A DNA stretch of 64,000 nucleotides from Candidatus Poribacteria bacterium (GCA_965222225.1 CBDCTK010000002.1:5312001-5376000); one strand, 5' to 3'. Counted from the stretch's first letter, positions 27,814 to 39,783 are shown. A program made the numbers and translations. The notes: generated by a model from the sequence alone, not told the origin.

Positions 27814-28461
27814 TTAAATCAGATGTAGCCAATCATGCAATAGAAAATCAACGCGCTGAATCAAGAGCGAAACACGCCCCATTACGGTATTGCCAAAAGC
27901 TGAGCCGAATCCGACCATGAGGAAGATAATCCCCACCTTTGAGATTCCACCAACAGCGCCCCGATGTTCAATTGAGAAGAAGAAGTATGTCAGCGTACAG
28001 ATTACGCCGACAAGCATCAAGATTACGCCGAAAATCTCAAAAGGCCCCAGAGCTCCGGCATGAATCTGCCCGAACGGCGTTAATGTGCCGTGCACCTGGC
28101 GGAAGATGCTAGTTTCCATAACATTGGGGATGGCTTGTCCTGAACTGATTCCGATAAGAATGGCGATCGGATATCGGATTAACCAACTGTACTTCGGAAC
28201 AAGACGAGCAAAGAACAGTAGGCCAATGGCAATCGGAATGAGTTTGAGAAGTCCCATGAATTCACGTTTCGTGACAGCTTCCCAGAACGGATCCCATGCA
28301 AACGGGATTAATCCTTGATGGATTGAGAACACAATTCCGTAGCCGACCGAGAGTCCTACAAAGAGATGTTCGGCGAAACGGTAAAATGGATTGTCACGAT
28401 AAAGAAAACTATAAATGCACAGCGTAAAAAATGCAGCGACCCAAATTCCAAGGACTTCCAC
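27814..28461 (-). CDS. Multi-pass membrane protein (gene 4 of uncharacterised module)
   Basis: About 6 TM helices; YSFLYRDNPFYRFAEH, GFGSAFGNTVMGR. Confidence 0.8.
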   Translation of the reverse strand: MEVLGIWVAAFFTLCIYSFLYRDNPFYRFAEHLFVGLSVGYGIVFSIHQGLIPFAWDPFWEAVTKREFMGLLKLIPIAIGLLFFARLVPKYSWLIRYPIAILIGISSGQAIPNVMETSIFRQVHGTLTPFGQIHAGALGPFEIFGVILMLVGVICTLTYFFFSIEHRGAVGGISKVGIIFLMVGFGSAFGNTVMGRVSLLIQRVDFLLHDWLHLI

Positions 28462-28473
28462 CTCGTAAACCTC

Positions 28474-29289
28474 CTATTGCGTCCTGCGTCGTTGGATAAA
28501 GAAGGCAACATTTCCTATAATGACCAAGGCGAAAACCAGCAGATGAACAAACGATTGGACACTCATTCCCGCCGTTGCTTTTTCAGGCGTGTCAATTAAC
28601 GTTTCATATTCGGCTGCACCCAAAAGCCCGGGCATCAACCCGACCAACTGCCCTGTTTGTATGTAGGGGTATAGCTCGGACACCATAACTCCTGTTACTC
28701 CAGCCGCTACTTGTTGTTTGTACTTGGCGTTCGTATAAGTAATCCATGCAACCGGCGTCGCCGACGAAGCCAAATCGAGGACCAGTGCAATTTGGTCATA
28801 ATTCTTTACTTCCTGCATCATCGGAATCTCCGACAACGGCTTTCCTTGATAATCAGCGCCAAAAACGCTGTCAATCGCTGACCCCATTCCGAGGATGACT
28901 TGTGTGCCGCCGGGCCGAAAACCGAGAAATACATAATCCTCTCCATCCACCGCTTCCATCTCCGCCGCGGTATTGCCCATGACCTTGTCCCCCAACCTGG
29001 CCCCAACGTTAAATAGTGTCATACCAATGATTCTAACATTTTTCCTGAAACAGTGCCGCAAAACCGCAGTCGCCATTGGTTCCAGCTCCGCGAGCGATGA
29101 AGGCCCATAATTGAACGCCATGAGAATTGTGGATTCGGCCGGCAGTTCATCTATATAGTCATATATGCTACGAGTAGGCTGCGAGACAGTAATGGGAAAA
29201 CTGACTCTCAAGAATGAAGGAATGATCACTGCTAACGCCACAAAGATAAAAATAATGCGCCGGTCAATCCCCATCAATATTTCTAGCAC
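28474..29289 (-). CDS. Membrane-anchored alpha/beta protein (gene 3 of module)
   Basis: N- and C-terminal TM helices; GEDYVFLGF, GQLVGL..GLLGAAEYE. Confidence 0.8.
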   Translation of the reverse strand: MLEILMGIDRRIIFIFVALAVIIPSFLRVSFPITVSQPTRSIYDYIDELPAESTILMAFNYGPSSLAELEPMATAVLRHCFRKNVRIIGMTLFNVGARLGDKVMGNTAAEMEAVDGEDYVFLGFRPGGTQVILGMGSAIDSVFGADYQGKPLSEIPMMQEVKNYDQIALVLDLASSATPVAWITYTNAKYKQQVAAGVTGVMVSELYPYIQTGQLVGLMPGLLGAAEYETLIDTPEKATAGMSVQSFVHLLVFALVIIGNVAFFIQRRRTQ

Positions 29290-29293
29290 GGCT

Positions 29294-29977
29294 TCAATCC
29301 CCTCCTCCTAGATAGGAGCGCTCGATTCCAAAGATAATCCGTATAGACTGAGAAATCACGCCAAGGCTTACGCCAAGAATTATTCCCCGTCGAGATGAGA
29401 GATTTGGATTATCCAAGATCCACTGTCTCGCCGTTGATGGGAAATAATCTCCTATAGGTATTGTCTTGATTACAGGTATCTTCTCGATCCAGACAGGAAT
29501 TGTCTTGTTCCAGATAAGATCGCCGATGGGAGCGTTGCCAATCATCACAATAAGCGCGGCGACAAGGAGAAGCGTAGCTTCAAGCGTGCGGGCGCGGAAA
29601 GCGCGGTACGAAGCTGATGCGATGAAAAATGCAAGCAGGGAAAACATCGTTGCTTCCATCGGCACTTGAACATTGTCGAAAAGCCATTCGAATACTTTGT
29701 CCTTGGGGCCATTGGGAAGTCCGAAAGCAACCATCACGATTATTCCGATGAAAACCAAGTAGCTATACTGCCAATGCTCAACACGCCGTTTTATTCGTAT
29801 CAAATGGTTATGTACAAGTGTAACTACGCCAATGACAAGTGCGAATGGACCGATAATCAGTGACCAGTTAATGATTTCTGCTCGCAGTCCTTCGGAAAAA
29901 GGGTGCGGACTAAACTCGACGAGCATCATCACAATGCCGAATAGGAAACACAGGATTAGCGGAACTTGTCGTCTCAT
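29294..29977 (-). CDS. Multi-pass membrane protein (gene 2 of module)
   Basis: TMFSLLAFFIASASYRAFRAR, R.IFGIER. Confidence 0.8.
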   Translation of the reverse strand: MRRQVPLILCFLFGIVMMLVEFSPHPFSEGLRAEIINWSLIIGPFALVIGVVTLVHNHLIRIKRRVEHWQYSYLVFIGIIVMVAFGLPNGPKDKVFEWLFDNVQVPMEATMFSLLAFFIASASYRAFRARTLEATLLLVAALIVMIGNAPIGDLIWNKTIPVWIEKIPVIKTIPIGDYFPSTARQWILDNPNLSSRRGIILGVSLGVISQSIRIIFGIERSYLGGGD

Positions 29978-30004
29978 AATACCTCAACGTGGTCAAATGT
30001 CCAA

Positions 30005-31003
30005 CTACTGAACTCCTCGAAAGAACGTAGACATCCAGGTGATTCCTGCCAGTTCCAAAATTACACCAAGGATAATGCCAGCGAACAGTATAATCTTCCC
30101 ATAATCTTGCCCTTTCAAACTGCCGAGCAACATGGGTTCGCGAGACAAATAGGCGCTCGCTGCGTAAAGCTCTTCGCCAATTAACGTATAGTCGCATGCT
30201 GTGATGAAAAATGGCAACTGTGAATCCGAGTCGCTTCCTGCTATCTGAATTGCGCCCACAGAATTTCCCGTCTCGGCAAGAATCAGTGATTCAGCATAGA
30301 AAGTGCCCTGCATAAACACGGCTGCTGGCTTCTCTCGCACCATCATTCCGTCTACCGCTGCCGCATAAGCGAATTGGCTCTCTGTGACAAAGAAAATGTT
30401 GTCTTCACTGTACGCATCAGGGCGCCCTTCACCAAGATAAGCGGCCTTCACCATCTCGCGAACAACATTCATTACAATCGGATCATTACACGGCACGCGA
30501 AGCGGCGTTTCGTAATCAGCCGTTTTTCTTGCAACTTGACTGAGAATGTTCATGCTCGCAATAGTTGCAACGTCACCGATGCCGCCTAATCCTAGGATGT
30601 ACAGTATTGGACGCCCCATTTCTGTTGATCTGCCAATGGCCTCGTCCACGGCCTCCAAACCGGCGATACGGCGAATAAAAATGTCGCCGCCGCCTCGCGC
30701 GTGATAGATAGAGTAGATGACAGCGACCGAGAAAAGGACAACCGATACAAAAATCCCGGTTTTTTCCACATCAAACCATTTCTGGAAGAACTGGAGTACC
30801 CATTTTAGAAAAAGCCATTGAAACCATTGGGTTCCTGTTGCTGCGGCTGTTTCTTGGGCGAACGCAAGATTGCCGCTGCAGCCAAGAATAACCACCAGAA
30901 GAACCAAAAGCGGTATCATTTTTTTTAAAATCATTAAGAAGTTGTATCCTTTCACCTGCTCCAAACCGGGGGACAACCTATCACACCCTACATGATAATA
31001 CAA
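30005..31003 (-). CDS. DUF6754-like membrane protein (gene 1 of module)
   Basis: IRRIAGL.A..EAIGR.TEMGRP...LIGEELYAASAYL; true start probably ~30933; DUF label from memory. Confidence 0.7.
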   Translation of the reverse strand: MYYHVGCDRLSPGLEQVKGYNFLMILKKMIPLLVLLVVILGCSGNLAFAQETAAATGTQWFQWLFLKWVLQFFQKWFDVEKTGIFVSVVLFSVAVIYSIYHARGGGDIFIRRIAGLEAVDEAIGRSTEMGRPILYILGLGGIGDVATIASMNILSQVARKTADYETPLRVPCNDPIVMNVVREMVKAAYLGEGRPDAYSEDNIFFVTESQFAYAAAVDGMMVREKPAAVFMQGTFYAESLILAETGNSVGAIQIAGSDSDSQLPFFITACDYTLIGEELYAASAYLSREPMLLGSLKGQDYGKIILFAGIILGVILELAGITWMSTFFRGVQ

Positions 31004-31063
31004 GGGAAAATAACCTGATAACTTTTATTTCTACGGGCGTTCTATTGCGTCAGAATGCGTGTC

Positions 31064-31621
31064 TCACCAGCGCATTGCCGCCTCGCGGTAGAGAAGGATT
31101 TGCTGCATATTTCGCGGAATGGTTAGCTGGATCGATTTACGCTTTCGATTGGCATCCTTTAGGATAATCGGTGTGCGAATCATATTGGTCATGGTTACCA
31201 GCTTTGATTGATAGAAAACCCAGAAGCGTTGTTCGGTGTAAGGATTGATGATATATTCCGAACCTGAAAACCGTTCGTGCTTTGGGTATTCTAGGGGAAT
31301 TGTCTTATCGTGTCCTTCTAAGAACAACTCGGACGGGGGCTCTTTCGGAGAGTAGCCACTCAATTTACAATTTCTTAAGCGAATCGGCATTCCGGATTTG
31401 TTAGTCAGATGGAGGGATACGACAATCGCCAACCTGTGGTTATCGTCGCGGTTGATAAACCATGTATCATCTTCGATGTTCTCGACAGTAAGTCCCGGAA
31501 TCTGCCGCTGACGATGATAAACTATGGCTAACACAACAAAACCCGCAAGCCCGGTCAGTGTCCACACCCCTGCCGATGTCGACAGGAATTGCTGCAACTC
31601 CTTCAATAGTTCCTGTAGCAC
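31064..31621 (-). CDS. Single-TM hypothetical protein
   Basis: GGAGAG SD before GTG 31621; one TM helix then a beta-rich domain. Confidence 0.65.
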   Translation of the reverse strand: MLQELLKELQQFLSTSAGVWTLTGLAGFVVLAIVYHRQRQIPGLTVENIEDDTWFINRDDNHRLAIVVSLHLTNKSGMPIRLRNCKLSGYSPKEPPSELFLEGHDKTIPLEYPKHERFSGSEYIINPYTEQRFWVFYQSKLVTMTNMIRTPIILKDANRKRKSIQLTIPRNMQQILLYREAAMRW

Positions 31622-31874
31622 ATGCTCTCCTTTGTGCGAAAATCTGGGCACAATTATGTCATAGAAACCATGAAGGCGCAAGGAAATTCATCTTGCGCAC
31701 TGCCATCGTATATGATATTATCTTGCGTTCGTGCATTCGCTGTAGCCGTCAACAAAACCAAACGCAAAGATGTTTTGAACTGTAGCAGAATTGCAACCGA
31801 GCGGTTTCAAAAAGACTGCACAAACTCCTTCCATTTGCACTGTTGCCCGAGTTTTGAGTGCGCCATAGTTTAGC

Positions 31875-31890
31875 TGGCACAGTGTTTGCG
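31875..31890 (+). promoter_or_regulatory. Sigma-54 (-24/-12) promoter
   Basis: TGGCAC-AGTGT-TTGC is an exact consensus match, 76 nt upstream of ATG 31966. Confidence 0.7.
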
Positions 31891-31965
31891 CTCCGGTGAT
31901 TGGTTTTGATTGAAGTTAAATTCACAAAAACCTGAACCGTACATGTTCTGGAAGGAGACGAATTC

Positions 31966-32764
31966 ATGTTTGTGCAAACACATCATACTTTCCCGGTAGT
32001 CTTTCTGACCCTCTCGCTAATCTGGACATTCGGTTGTGAGATAAACGACTCGGTTGAACCTGACACGGAGCCGGCTGCAATTCCACGTGGTGTGGTGAGC
32101 ATCACTGGGAATGGGCGAATAACCGTTGAGTGGTTCCCTAATGGCGAGCGGGATCTCGCCGGCTATAAAGTTTGGCGAAGTCATGACGACAGGGAATATG
32201 ACTTATTGGCAGACCTTTCAGCCGACGCGTTTCGATATGTGGACGATGATGTGAGAAACGGCAGCACCTATTTCTATGCGGTTTCGGCGTACGATTACGA
32301 TGGCAACGAGAGCGAATTGAGTCCGGAACAGGTGTACGATGCGCCGCGGCCATCCGGAAATAGTATTACACTGGATGATTTTGCCCTTGTCCCAGCCCGG
32401 AGCGGGTTTGATTTCTCGCGACCTGAGCGAGGGTCGATTCCATGGGATTCGCGTGCGGCGGATGTCTATTTTGGATGGGACACACTGGTCAATGTTGCCT
32501 ACCTGTATTCGGACAACTTAACCAAAATGCAGGACATGGGTTACCACAAGAAATTTAGCGAGGTTGATGTTTCACCACAAGCGGGCTTTACGGGGGAGTT
32601 TGTTGAACTCATTTAAGGGCACATCTATAGTGTTTTACACGCCTGACGGAAATTACGCAAAAATCCGCACGACTGCGGTTTCCGATAGCTACGTGACATT
32701 TGATTGGGCGTACCAGACCGATCGGAACAATCCTGAGTTAGCGCCGCCTGCTCCGAGAAACTAA
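31966..32764 (+). pseudogene. FN3-domain lipoprotein interrupted by a stop (32614) and a +1 frameshift (~32629)
   Basis: Lipobox TFGC; FN3 motif Y.D..V.NG.TYFYAVSAYD..GNES; repaired frame reads ELI[E]GHIYVFYTPDGNYAKIR. Confidence 0.7.
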
Positions 32765-32965
32765 ATTCATTACGCAATCTGAAATCTCATCTAGCATTAC
32801 CTCTCGGTTGTGTTGTTTGTGCCAATTTTCAACCCCTCGCGGCCGATCCGCTTTGCGACATTAAAGTCAATGAGCGGTCAATATGTAGGGATAGGACGAA
32901 GATTTTCAGCGCGGATGCAACAAAAAGATAGCAAGAGGAAATCACCCGTTTCCCAGGAGATTGCG

Positions 32966-33751
32966 ATGTTGCATCCTACCGAAATCGTGCGATTGAGCCG
33001 CCAACGGATCGGGGCATCAGTTCTGGCTTGGCTTGCGTTGTGGTGTATACCGTGTGGTGCATCAACACACCTGTCACTACTTGATGCAAAAGACTTGGAG
33101 CCGTTTCCGATTAGAATCGGAGAAATTCTGACTTATACGGTCAAAATTGCGGGCATATCTGCCGGAAAACAAGTTACTAAGGTGGTTGAACAGACCACAT
33201 TGGATGGACATGAAGTTTATCGTTTGACATCGGAATCACGGACGGACTCGCTGTTTGCAAAGTTTTACCATTTCCAAGATTTAAAAGAAAGTTACATTAC
33301 GACAGATCAATTTTATCCTGTTCGATTCACGAAGAACCTTGAAGACCGTAGCTACCAGGCACGCGTCAAAGTCAACTTTTTCTGTGAGGACGGTGCTACC
33401 GAGTATTCTAAGAATGAGGCCTGTAAGAAGATTAAGGCTCCGATTGGTACACAAGATGAGTTATCAATGGTTTATTTTGTCCGATCCAAAGATTTCAAAG
33501 TTGGGCAGACATATTCTTTTCCGGTATTGATAAAAGACGCCGTTCAAGATGTTGTTCTCACTGCCTATCGCCGCGAGGTGATAAAGACGGAAGCCCTTGG
33601 ACGGGTGGAAACCATTGCATTGCGCACATCGCACGGTTATTTGATATGGTTGACCAACGACGAGCATCGTTTTCCTGTGCGTATTGAGGCGGAAACCCGC
33701 GCGGGTAGTAAATTAGTTGGAACACTTAAGAGCGTTGATTTTGCCGAGTAG
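32966..33751 (+). CDS. DUF3108-like exported protein
   Basis: GE.LTY, QDELS..YF.R, IWLTND..R.PV.I; AGGAG SD. Confidence 0.75.
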   Translation: MLHPTEIVRLSRQRIGASVLAWLALWCIPCGASTHLSLLDAKDLEPFPIRIGEILTYTVKIAGISAGKQVTKVVEQTTLDGHEVYRLTSESRTDSLFAKFYHFQDLKESYITTDQFYPVRFTKNLEDRSYQARVKVNFFCEDGATEYSKNEACKKIKAPIGTQDELSMVYFVRSKDFKVGQTYSFPVLIKDAVQDVVLTAYRREVIKTEALGRVETIALRTSHGYLIWLTNDEHRFPVRIEAETRAGSKLVGTLKSVDFAE

Positions 33752-33760
33752 GTTGAGGGC

Positions 33761-36700
33761 GTGTTAGATTTGCTGCAACAAACAGATACTTATCAGAAGC
33801 TCATTGAGATTCTTACAAGTCATCTCCCGAGTTCCGAGACCAGATCAGTTACGAGCGGAAAAGAAAATTCGGTCCTACCTTGGTTAACAGGAGTGCATGG
33901 ACCATCCCTCTCCTACCTGCTGGCAGCGTTGGCGAAAGACGCTCCCGAAACGTCCTTTCTAGTTGTCCTGCCCTCCCTTCAAGAGGCCGAAAAAGTCGTT
34001 CAAGATTTACCGGCATACGGCTTTGAAGATGCCCAGTTTTTCCCCGACCTTCAGAATTTTCTATACGATGGCGTTGCCCCGTCAAAAAGAGTTACCGCGG
34101 AGCGAATGAATTGCCTCCATAGCCTTATGGGCGGAAAACGTACGATCGCCATTACTTCCGTAAAGGCATTGATGCATAGAGTTCTCCCCAAGGCTATTCT
34201 GGAGTCGGCGTTTCTTCGGGTAAGTGTGGGAGATGAAATTAGTCCTGACAAGATTGTTGAGGTATTGGTGCATAGCGGCTATCAGCGGACTGATCTGGTT
34301 GAGGTCAAAGGGGAATTCGCCCGTAGAGGGGATATTTTGGACGTGTATCCGCTTGTTTCTGACGAACCAATCCGTATCGAATTTTTTGGGGACGAAGTCG
34401 ATATAATTCGCGTGTTCGATCCGACTTCGCAACGATCGGTTAAGGTACTGAAATCGGTTATGTTCAGTCCGATGCGTGAAATGCTGATTACCGACGAGGC
34501 GATTGAAGCATGGCGGACACAAGCGAATCAGCTTATAGAAGATGATACATCGACAAAGTTTCGGAGCGAAATTCAGGGAATTACGGAACGCTTGGAAAGC
34601 GGAATAAACCTGGATGGACTTGAAGCGTTACTTCCAATCCTATATCCGAACGCGAGCGTTCTTTCCGAATACCTGTCGGGCAGAATTGTCACACTTCTGG
34701 TTGAGCCGACGTGGCTTGAGCGCGAAGCCGATCGAATTGTTGAAGGAGCGAACGGATTGTATGAAAAGAGAAAAGCCTTAAATCAATTCATGGTGTCACC
34801 CGATCAGATGTTTGTTCCGTTTGAGACGCTAATGTCCGTACTCAAAACTCGACCGACTCTGCAAGTGTCTTCCTCGCCACTCCCCGAGGCCGGATCCGAA
34901 GAACCTTTAGATTTCGGTATGCAACCTCTCAGCCTTTATCGAGGCAACTATCAAGTGGTCATAGACCAAATAAAGGAATGGACTGACGCGGGCTACTTCG
35001 TCAACATCTTCTCCGAAACTCCGAAACAAGCAACGCGAATGCAAAGCATCCTAGGCGATCACGGTCTTCCCGATACCCAGACGACTGTGAGTGTTGGTGG
35101 CATCAGTGAAGGTTTTCTGAATAAGTTCCTCAAGCTCGCTATTTTGTCCGAAGATGAGATATTTGGGCGGGAGCGTCGATTGCCTCAGCGTCATTCTACG
35201 TTCAAAGAAGGGGCGCCAATCCTTAGCCTCATCGATCTCAAAGAAGGCGACTATATAGTGCACGTTTCGCACGGAATCGGGATTTACGAGGAGATGCGGC
35301 GCCTTGATATTGATGGAAAATCTCAGGATTTTCTGGTGTTGAAATATGCGGATGGCGACATACTGTACGTTCCAACCTATCAAATCGACTTGGTGCAAAA
35401 ATATATTGGCGGCGGGGGTGAAGAAAGACGTGGACCTCGGCTCGACAAGATCGGCGGAACTTCGTGGCAACGCAGGAAGGCACGCGTCAAAGCCTCGATT
35501 GAGCAAATGGCGGATGAACTTCTTCGCCTATACGCAATACGCGAATCCGGTGAAGGGCATTCATTTTCTGCTGATGTACCGTGGCAAGTCGAGTTTGAAG
35601 CCACGTTTCCCTTTGAGGAAACTCCCGATCAGTTGAAAGCCATTGAGGACGTTAAGGGTGATATGGAACGTGCCCGTCCTATGGATCGATTGGTCTGCGG
35701 TGATGTGGGGTACGGAAAAACGGAGGTCGCCCTTCGCTCGGCGTTCAAAGCCGTGATGGACGGGAAGCAGGTCGCTGTTCTTGTTCCAACGACTATTCTT
35801 GCGCTACAGCATTATAACACGTTTGTGGAGAGATTTAGTCCATTCCCTATTCAGGTCGAAATGCTGACGCGTTTTCGCACGGCAAAGGAGTTGGCAGCTG
35901 TCAAGCAGGGATTGGCTGAGAGCACGGTTGATATTGTGATTGGGACACATAGTTTGCTCTCCGATAACGTAGAGATTCACGACCTTGGATTGCTCGTGGT
36001 TGACGAAGAGCATCGCTTTGGGGTCAAGCATAAGGAAAAGATTAAGCAACTCAAAAAGACGGTGGATGTCCTGACCCTGACAGCGACGCCAATACCACGC
36101 ACATTGCACATGTCACTCGTCGGGATTCGTGATTTCAGCGTCATCAATACACCGCCCGAAAACCGCATGCCCATTAAGACCTACGTGATGGAGTATGACT
36201 CCGCCGTGATTCAGGACGCAATTCTGCGCGAGATGGAACGTGGCGGGCAAATCTTTTTTGTTCACAATCGTGTAGAAAGCATTGCAAGCATTGCGAAGTC
36301 CATCCGAGAGCTCGTTCCGCAAGCGCGAGTCGCCATCGGACATGGGCAGATGTCTGAGCGACAACTCGAAACGGTCATGATCGATTTTGTTCAGTACAAG
36401 TACGATGTTTTGGTCTGCACCATGATTATCGAATCGGGACTGGACATTCCCAATGTCAACACGATTCTGATCAATCGCGCCGATGCTTTGGGGCTTGCTC
36501 AGCTCTATCAGTTGCGTGGGCGAGTTGGACGCGCACAACAGCAGGCTTACGGTTTCCTTTTCTATCCGCAAGGGCGAGTTATCACCGAAGGGGCGCAGAA
36601 ACGGCTGCGGGTAATTGAGGAGTTCACGGAGCTTGGTTCTGGATTCAAAATTGCCCTCCGAGACCTTGACATTCGCGGTACCGGAAATATTCTCGGAGCG

Positions 36701-37240
36701 GAACAGCACGGTTACATCGCCACGATCGGCTATGAAATGTATTGTAAGCTGCTTAATGAAACGGTGAAGACCGTATCCGGCGAGGAGGTCAAAGAGTCGG
36801 TTGAAACGCGAATTAACCTACCGGTTGAGGCGTATCTGCCGGATGAATATGTTCCGGATAGTCGTCAGAAAGTTTCTCTCTATAAGAAAATTGCTGGCAT
36901 AGAGACGGCGACGCGCCGAGCAGACCTCGAAGCCGAGATAAATGACCGTTACGGAAAAATTCCGGAACCTGTCGAGATATTGCTCGAAATTGCTCAATTG
37001 AAGCATCTGAGTAAAGAATTGGGTATTCAGACCATCGCCGCCGGTGATGAACAGATTAAGATTACATTTGACGATGCGAAGTCGCAGGTGGATCCGACAC
37101 GGTTAATCCAACTTATTCGGCAAGATCGACGCCTCCGGCTCGCGCCCCCTGCGCGGTTGATGGTAAATATGCAGGGGCTGGCTGGAAAGACGCTAGTGTT
37201 GGCAGTCAAAGCGATTCTAAAGCGCCTGATTGAAAATTAA
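33761..37240 (+). CDS. mfd: Transcription-repair coupling factor
   Basis: RID domain, [29 protein letters not shown] motif. Confidence 0.98.
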   Translation: MLDLLQQTDTYQKLIEILTSHLPSSETRSVTSGKENSVLPWLTGVHGPSLSYLLAALAKDAPETSFLVVLPSLQEAEKVVQDLPAYGFEDAQFFPDLQNFLYDGVAPSKRVTAERMNCLHSLMGGKRTIAITSVKALMHRVLPKAILESAFLRVSVGDEISPDKIVEVLVHSGYQRTDLVEVKGEFARRGDILDVYPLVSDEPIRIEFFGDEVDIIRVFDPTSQRSVKVLKSVMFSPMREMLITDEAIEAWRTQANQLIEDDTSTKFRSEIQGITERLESGINLDGLEALLPILYPNASVLSEYLSGRIVTLLVEPTWLEREADRIVEGANGLYEKRKALNQFMVSPDQMFVPFETLMSVLKTRPTLQVSSSPLPEAGSEEPLDFGMQPLSLYRGNYQVVIDQIKEWTDAGYFVNIFSETPKQATRMQSILGDHGLPDTQTTVSVGGISEGFLNKFLKLAILSEDEIFGRERRLPQRHSTFKEGAPILSLIDLKEGDYIVHVSHGIGIYEEMRRLDIDGKSQDFLVLKYADGDILYVPTYQIDLVQKYIGGGGEERRGPRLDKIGGTSWQRRKARVKASIEQMADELLRLYAIRESGEGHSFSADVPWQVEFEATFPFEETPDQLKAIEDVKGDMERARPMDRLVCGDVGYGKTEVALRSAFKAVMDGKQVAVLVPTTILALQHYNTFVERFSPFPIQVEMLTRFRTAKELAAVKQGLAESTVDIVIGTHSLLSDNVEIHDLGLLVVDEEHRFGVKHKEKIKQLKKTVDVLTLTATPIPRTLHMSLVGIRDFSVINTPPENRMPIKTYVMEYDSAVIQDAILREMERGGQIFFVHNRVESIASIAKSIRELVPQARVAIGHGQMSERQLETVMIDFVQYKYDVLVCTMIIESGLDIPNVNTILINRADALGLAQLYQLRGRVGRAQQQAYGFLFYPQGRVITEGAQKRLRVIEEFTELGSGFKIALRDLDIRGTGNILGAEQHGYIATIGYEMYCKLLNETVKTVSGEEVKESVETRINLPVEAYLPDEYVPDSRQKVSLYKKIAGIETATRRADLEAEINDRYGKIPEPVEILLEIAQLKHLSKELGIQTIAAGDEQIKITFDDAKSQVDPTRLIQLIRQDRRLRLAPPARLMVNMQGLAGKTLVLAVKAILKRLIEN

Positions 37241-37679
37241 ACTGTAGCGGCGTGTCTAAATCGGGTAAACGAACGACCCAAACAGAATTTCCAGTCAACG
37301 CTCTTATCGCCTACGTTGGCATATAGTGCGAGAAGAAATAACCAATCGGTTTGATTTAAGACGAGCGGGAACCCGGTTGGAAACCTTCTGTTCATGAAAA
37401 ACGTACTAATCCATGGTGAAAGTCTCTCAACATATACTTTTCTGTTGCTAGATTTGCCTAAATCTTGCACAAAGTTGCCGGACGACAACGAGGTATTTCA
37501 ATTAAAGCATGCTAAACTTATGCAAGTCTTTGTGAATATTTGTAGGTTGGGCGTGCGCAAATGGATTATTCGCTTCGAGAGCCCAAAATGCGTAAGTCCT
37601 ATGCCATATATTCTTAGCGAATAAACCAGTAAACTATCACACACTAAATCTATCCATAAAGGAAAAGGAGATACATATT

Positions 37680-38708
37680 ATGAAGAAGACTCTCTTGATG
37701 TCGGTTATGATTCTTGCGGTCTGCTTCTGTAGTTGGCAAATTGCGTTCTCGCACGGAGGAGACTCGGATCATGAGGTGGCAGATGAAGTAGATGAGAGCA
37801 AGGTAAGCATTGCCGAATATAGCTGGAATGGTGAACAATTCTCCGTCTCGTTGGCGGACCTCAATGCAAAGATTGAGGATTTGTCCTCATATCGCCAACG
37901 TAAACTGCGGGCGAGGGAAAGCAAGGAAGAATTTCTCACGGAACTCATTGAAGACAAGCTGAAAATCCTTGCCGCAGCGGAAAAACGGTATGACGAAGAT
38001 CTGGAGCACCTTGAACAATGCGAGGACTATAAGCACCAGCTTATGGTTGAAAGAATCTCTGAAGCGGAAGTCGATGAAAAAATCAACGTTACAGAGGAAG
38101 AGCTTATGCAATATTACGAGGAACACAAAAGTGAATCCACGTATATTGAAGAAGCGCGGTGCAAGGCGACCTGCATCTCCGTGATAGATAAGGAGCTTGC
38201 GCAAACGACGTTTGATGAAATCAAAGCGGGTAAGGATATTCTTGAAGCGGCAAAGGAACTGGCTGAGAAGAATAAACTCAAGGGGCCCGGAGCTGGAACG
38301 CGGTCCCCGGGGAACACAGGCAACTTTACAAAAGACGTTGCCCCGAGCTGGCAGCCCTTCATCGATGCGGTTTTCGAGCAAGAAATCGGCGAGATGACGG
38401 ATACAATCCTTGAAATCGAAGTCGAGGGGACAACCTACTATCTAATCTTCCGAAAAGAAGAATACAAACCTGAGCGACAGAAGGAGTTCGACGAAGTTCG
38501 AGAAAGAATTCAGCGGAGGGTTGAGCGTGAGAAAAAGCAGGAACGAATCAAGATCTGGATTGAGGAAATATCGGCGGCAAGCAAACTCAAAACATTCCCG
38601 GATCTTATTCCCGAACCTCCCGCTGATGAAACGGATCAACAAGAGGATGGAGGTAGCAACGCAGAGACCTCGGAAAACGCAGAATCTACGGAATCAGACC
38701 AACAGTGA
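37680..38708 (+). CDS. Exported PpiC/PrsA-like peptidyl-prolyl isomerase/chaperone
   Basis: Signal peptide, SurA-N-like helices, degenerate parvulin domain, F.EVRE.I. Confidence 0.75.
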   Translation: MKKTLLMSVMILAVCFCSWQIAFSHGGDSDHEVADEVDESKVSIAEYSWNGEQFSVSLADLNAKIEDLSSYRQRKLRARESKEEFLTELIEDKLKILAAAEKRYDEDLEHLEQCEDYKHQLMVERISEAEVDEKINVTEEELMQYYEEHKSESTYIEEARCKATCISVIDKELAQTTFDEIKAGKDILEAAKELAEKNKLKGPGAGTRSPGNTGNFTKDVAPSWQPFIDAVFEQEIGEMTDTILEIEVEGTTYYLIFRKEEYKPERQKEFDEVRERIQRRVEREKKQERIKIWIEEISAASKLKTFPDLIPEPPADETDQQEDGGSNAETSENAESTESDQQ

Positions 38709-38736
38709 TTTTTTCCCATATTTAGGAGGCGAAATT

Positions 38737-39783
38737 ATGAAAAGCCAGATGTCTGGGTTAGCAAGTTTAATGTTGATTGGAATTGTTGCTACCTGTGTTG
38801 TGTTCAACGGATGCGGTGGCAGCGCGACCGCCGCTGAAGGGACAGTTATCGCGGAATTCGAGTGGGACGGAAAACACCAAATCACCCTCGAAGAGATGAT
38901 GCAAGAGATTGCTGAATTACCAGAGTACAAGCAGAAAAAGTACAAAGACAAAAGCGGACTTGAAGAATATATGACCTTGATGGCGGAAAGCCGCTTAATC
39001 CTCAGCCTCGCCAAGGACCGAAATCTCGACGAAGATGAAGAAATCCTGAAGAAAGTCAGAGATCATCTTCACAAATTAATGGTCGATAAAATCACCGATA
39101 CTGAAGTCGAGGAAAAACTCGTGTTAACGGAGGAAGATTATCGGCTCTACTACGAATCCAATAAAGAGGATTACATTGATACGGAGAACGTTGAGTTGAC
39201 ATGTATTGCCCTCGATGACGAAGAGCGTGCCACGGAAATATTTGAGGAACTCAAAGGTGGTAGAGACATGATTGAACTCGCCACGGAGTTGTCCGATCAC
39301 GGTGACTTGGTGGGTCCCGGCTCTGACGCTCAGAATCCAGGCCAACCGGGCAAGATTCGCCGAGGCGCCTTTCCGGAAGGAACCGAGCCATTCGTGGATG
39401 CCGCTTTTGCGGCAGCGGTTGGTGAGTTTCATGATGGTGTAATCAAAATCACTGTTCGCGGCAAAAATTACTTCATCATCTTCCGCAAAGACAAACATAA
39501 TGAAGAACGGCAAAAGACATTCGACGAAGAAGGTGTCCGCAGCAATGTCGAACGAGCCGCTAAACGGCAAAAGCGCAAAGAACTCATGGCGCAATGGCTT
39601 ACCCAACTTCGAGATCGGGCAAAGATTCAAATCCACAGTGAACTCATTCCCGAGACGCCGGCGGAAGAAGAAGAGGCCGAGGAAGAACAGGTGAACGAGG
39701 AAGATTCGACAGAGTCGGAGGAAAATCAGCAGGAGCTGGACGAAAGCATGGCGCCTAACGAAGAAGCCACGACGCCAGAGTAA
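38737..39783 (+). CDS. Lipoprotein PpiC/PrsA-like foldase (paralog of the preceding gene)
   Basis: AGGAGG SD, lipobox FNGC; shares GPG...PG..G and YFIIFRK with 37680-38708. Confidence 0.78.
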   Translation: MKSQMSGLASLMLIGIVATCVVFNGCGGSATAAEGTVIAEFEWDGKHQITLEEMMQEIAELPEYKQKKYKDKSGLEEYMTLMAESRLILSLAKDRNLDEDEEILKKVRDHLHKLMVDKITDTEVEEKLVLTEEDYRLYYESNKEDYIDTENVELTCIALDDEERATEIFEELKGGRDMIELATELSDHGDLVGPGSDAQNPGQPGKIRRGAFPEGTEPFVDAAFAAAVGEFHDGVIKITVRGKNYFIIFRKDKHNEERQKTFDEEGVRSNVERAAKRQKRKELMAQWLTQLRDRAKIQIHSELIPETPAEEEEAEEEQVNEEDSTESEENQQELDESMAPNEEATTPE

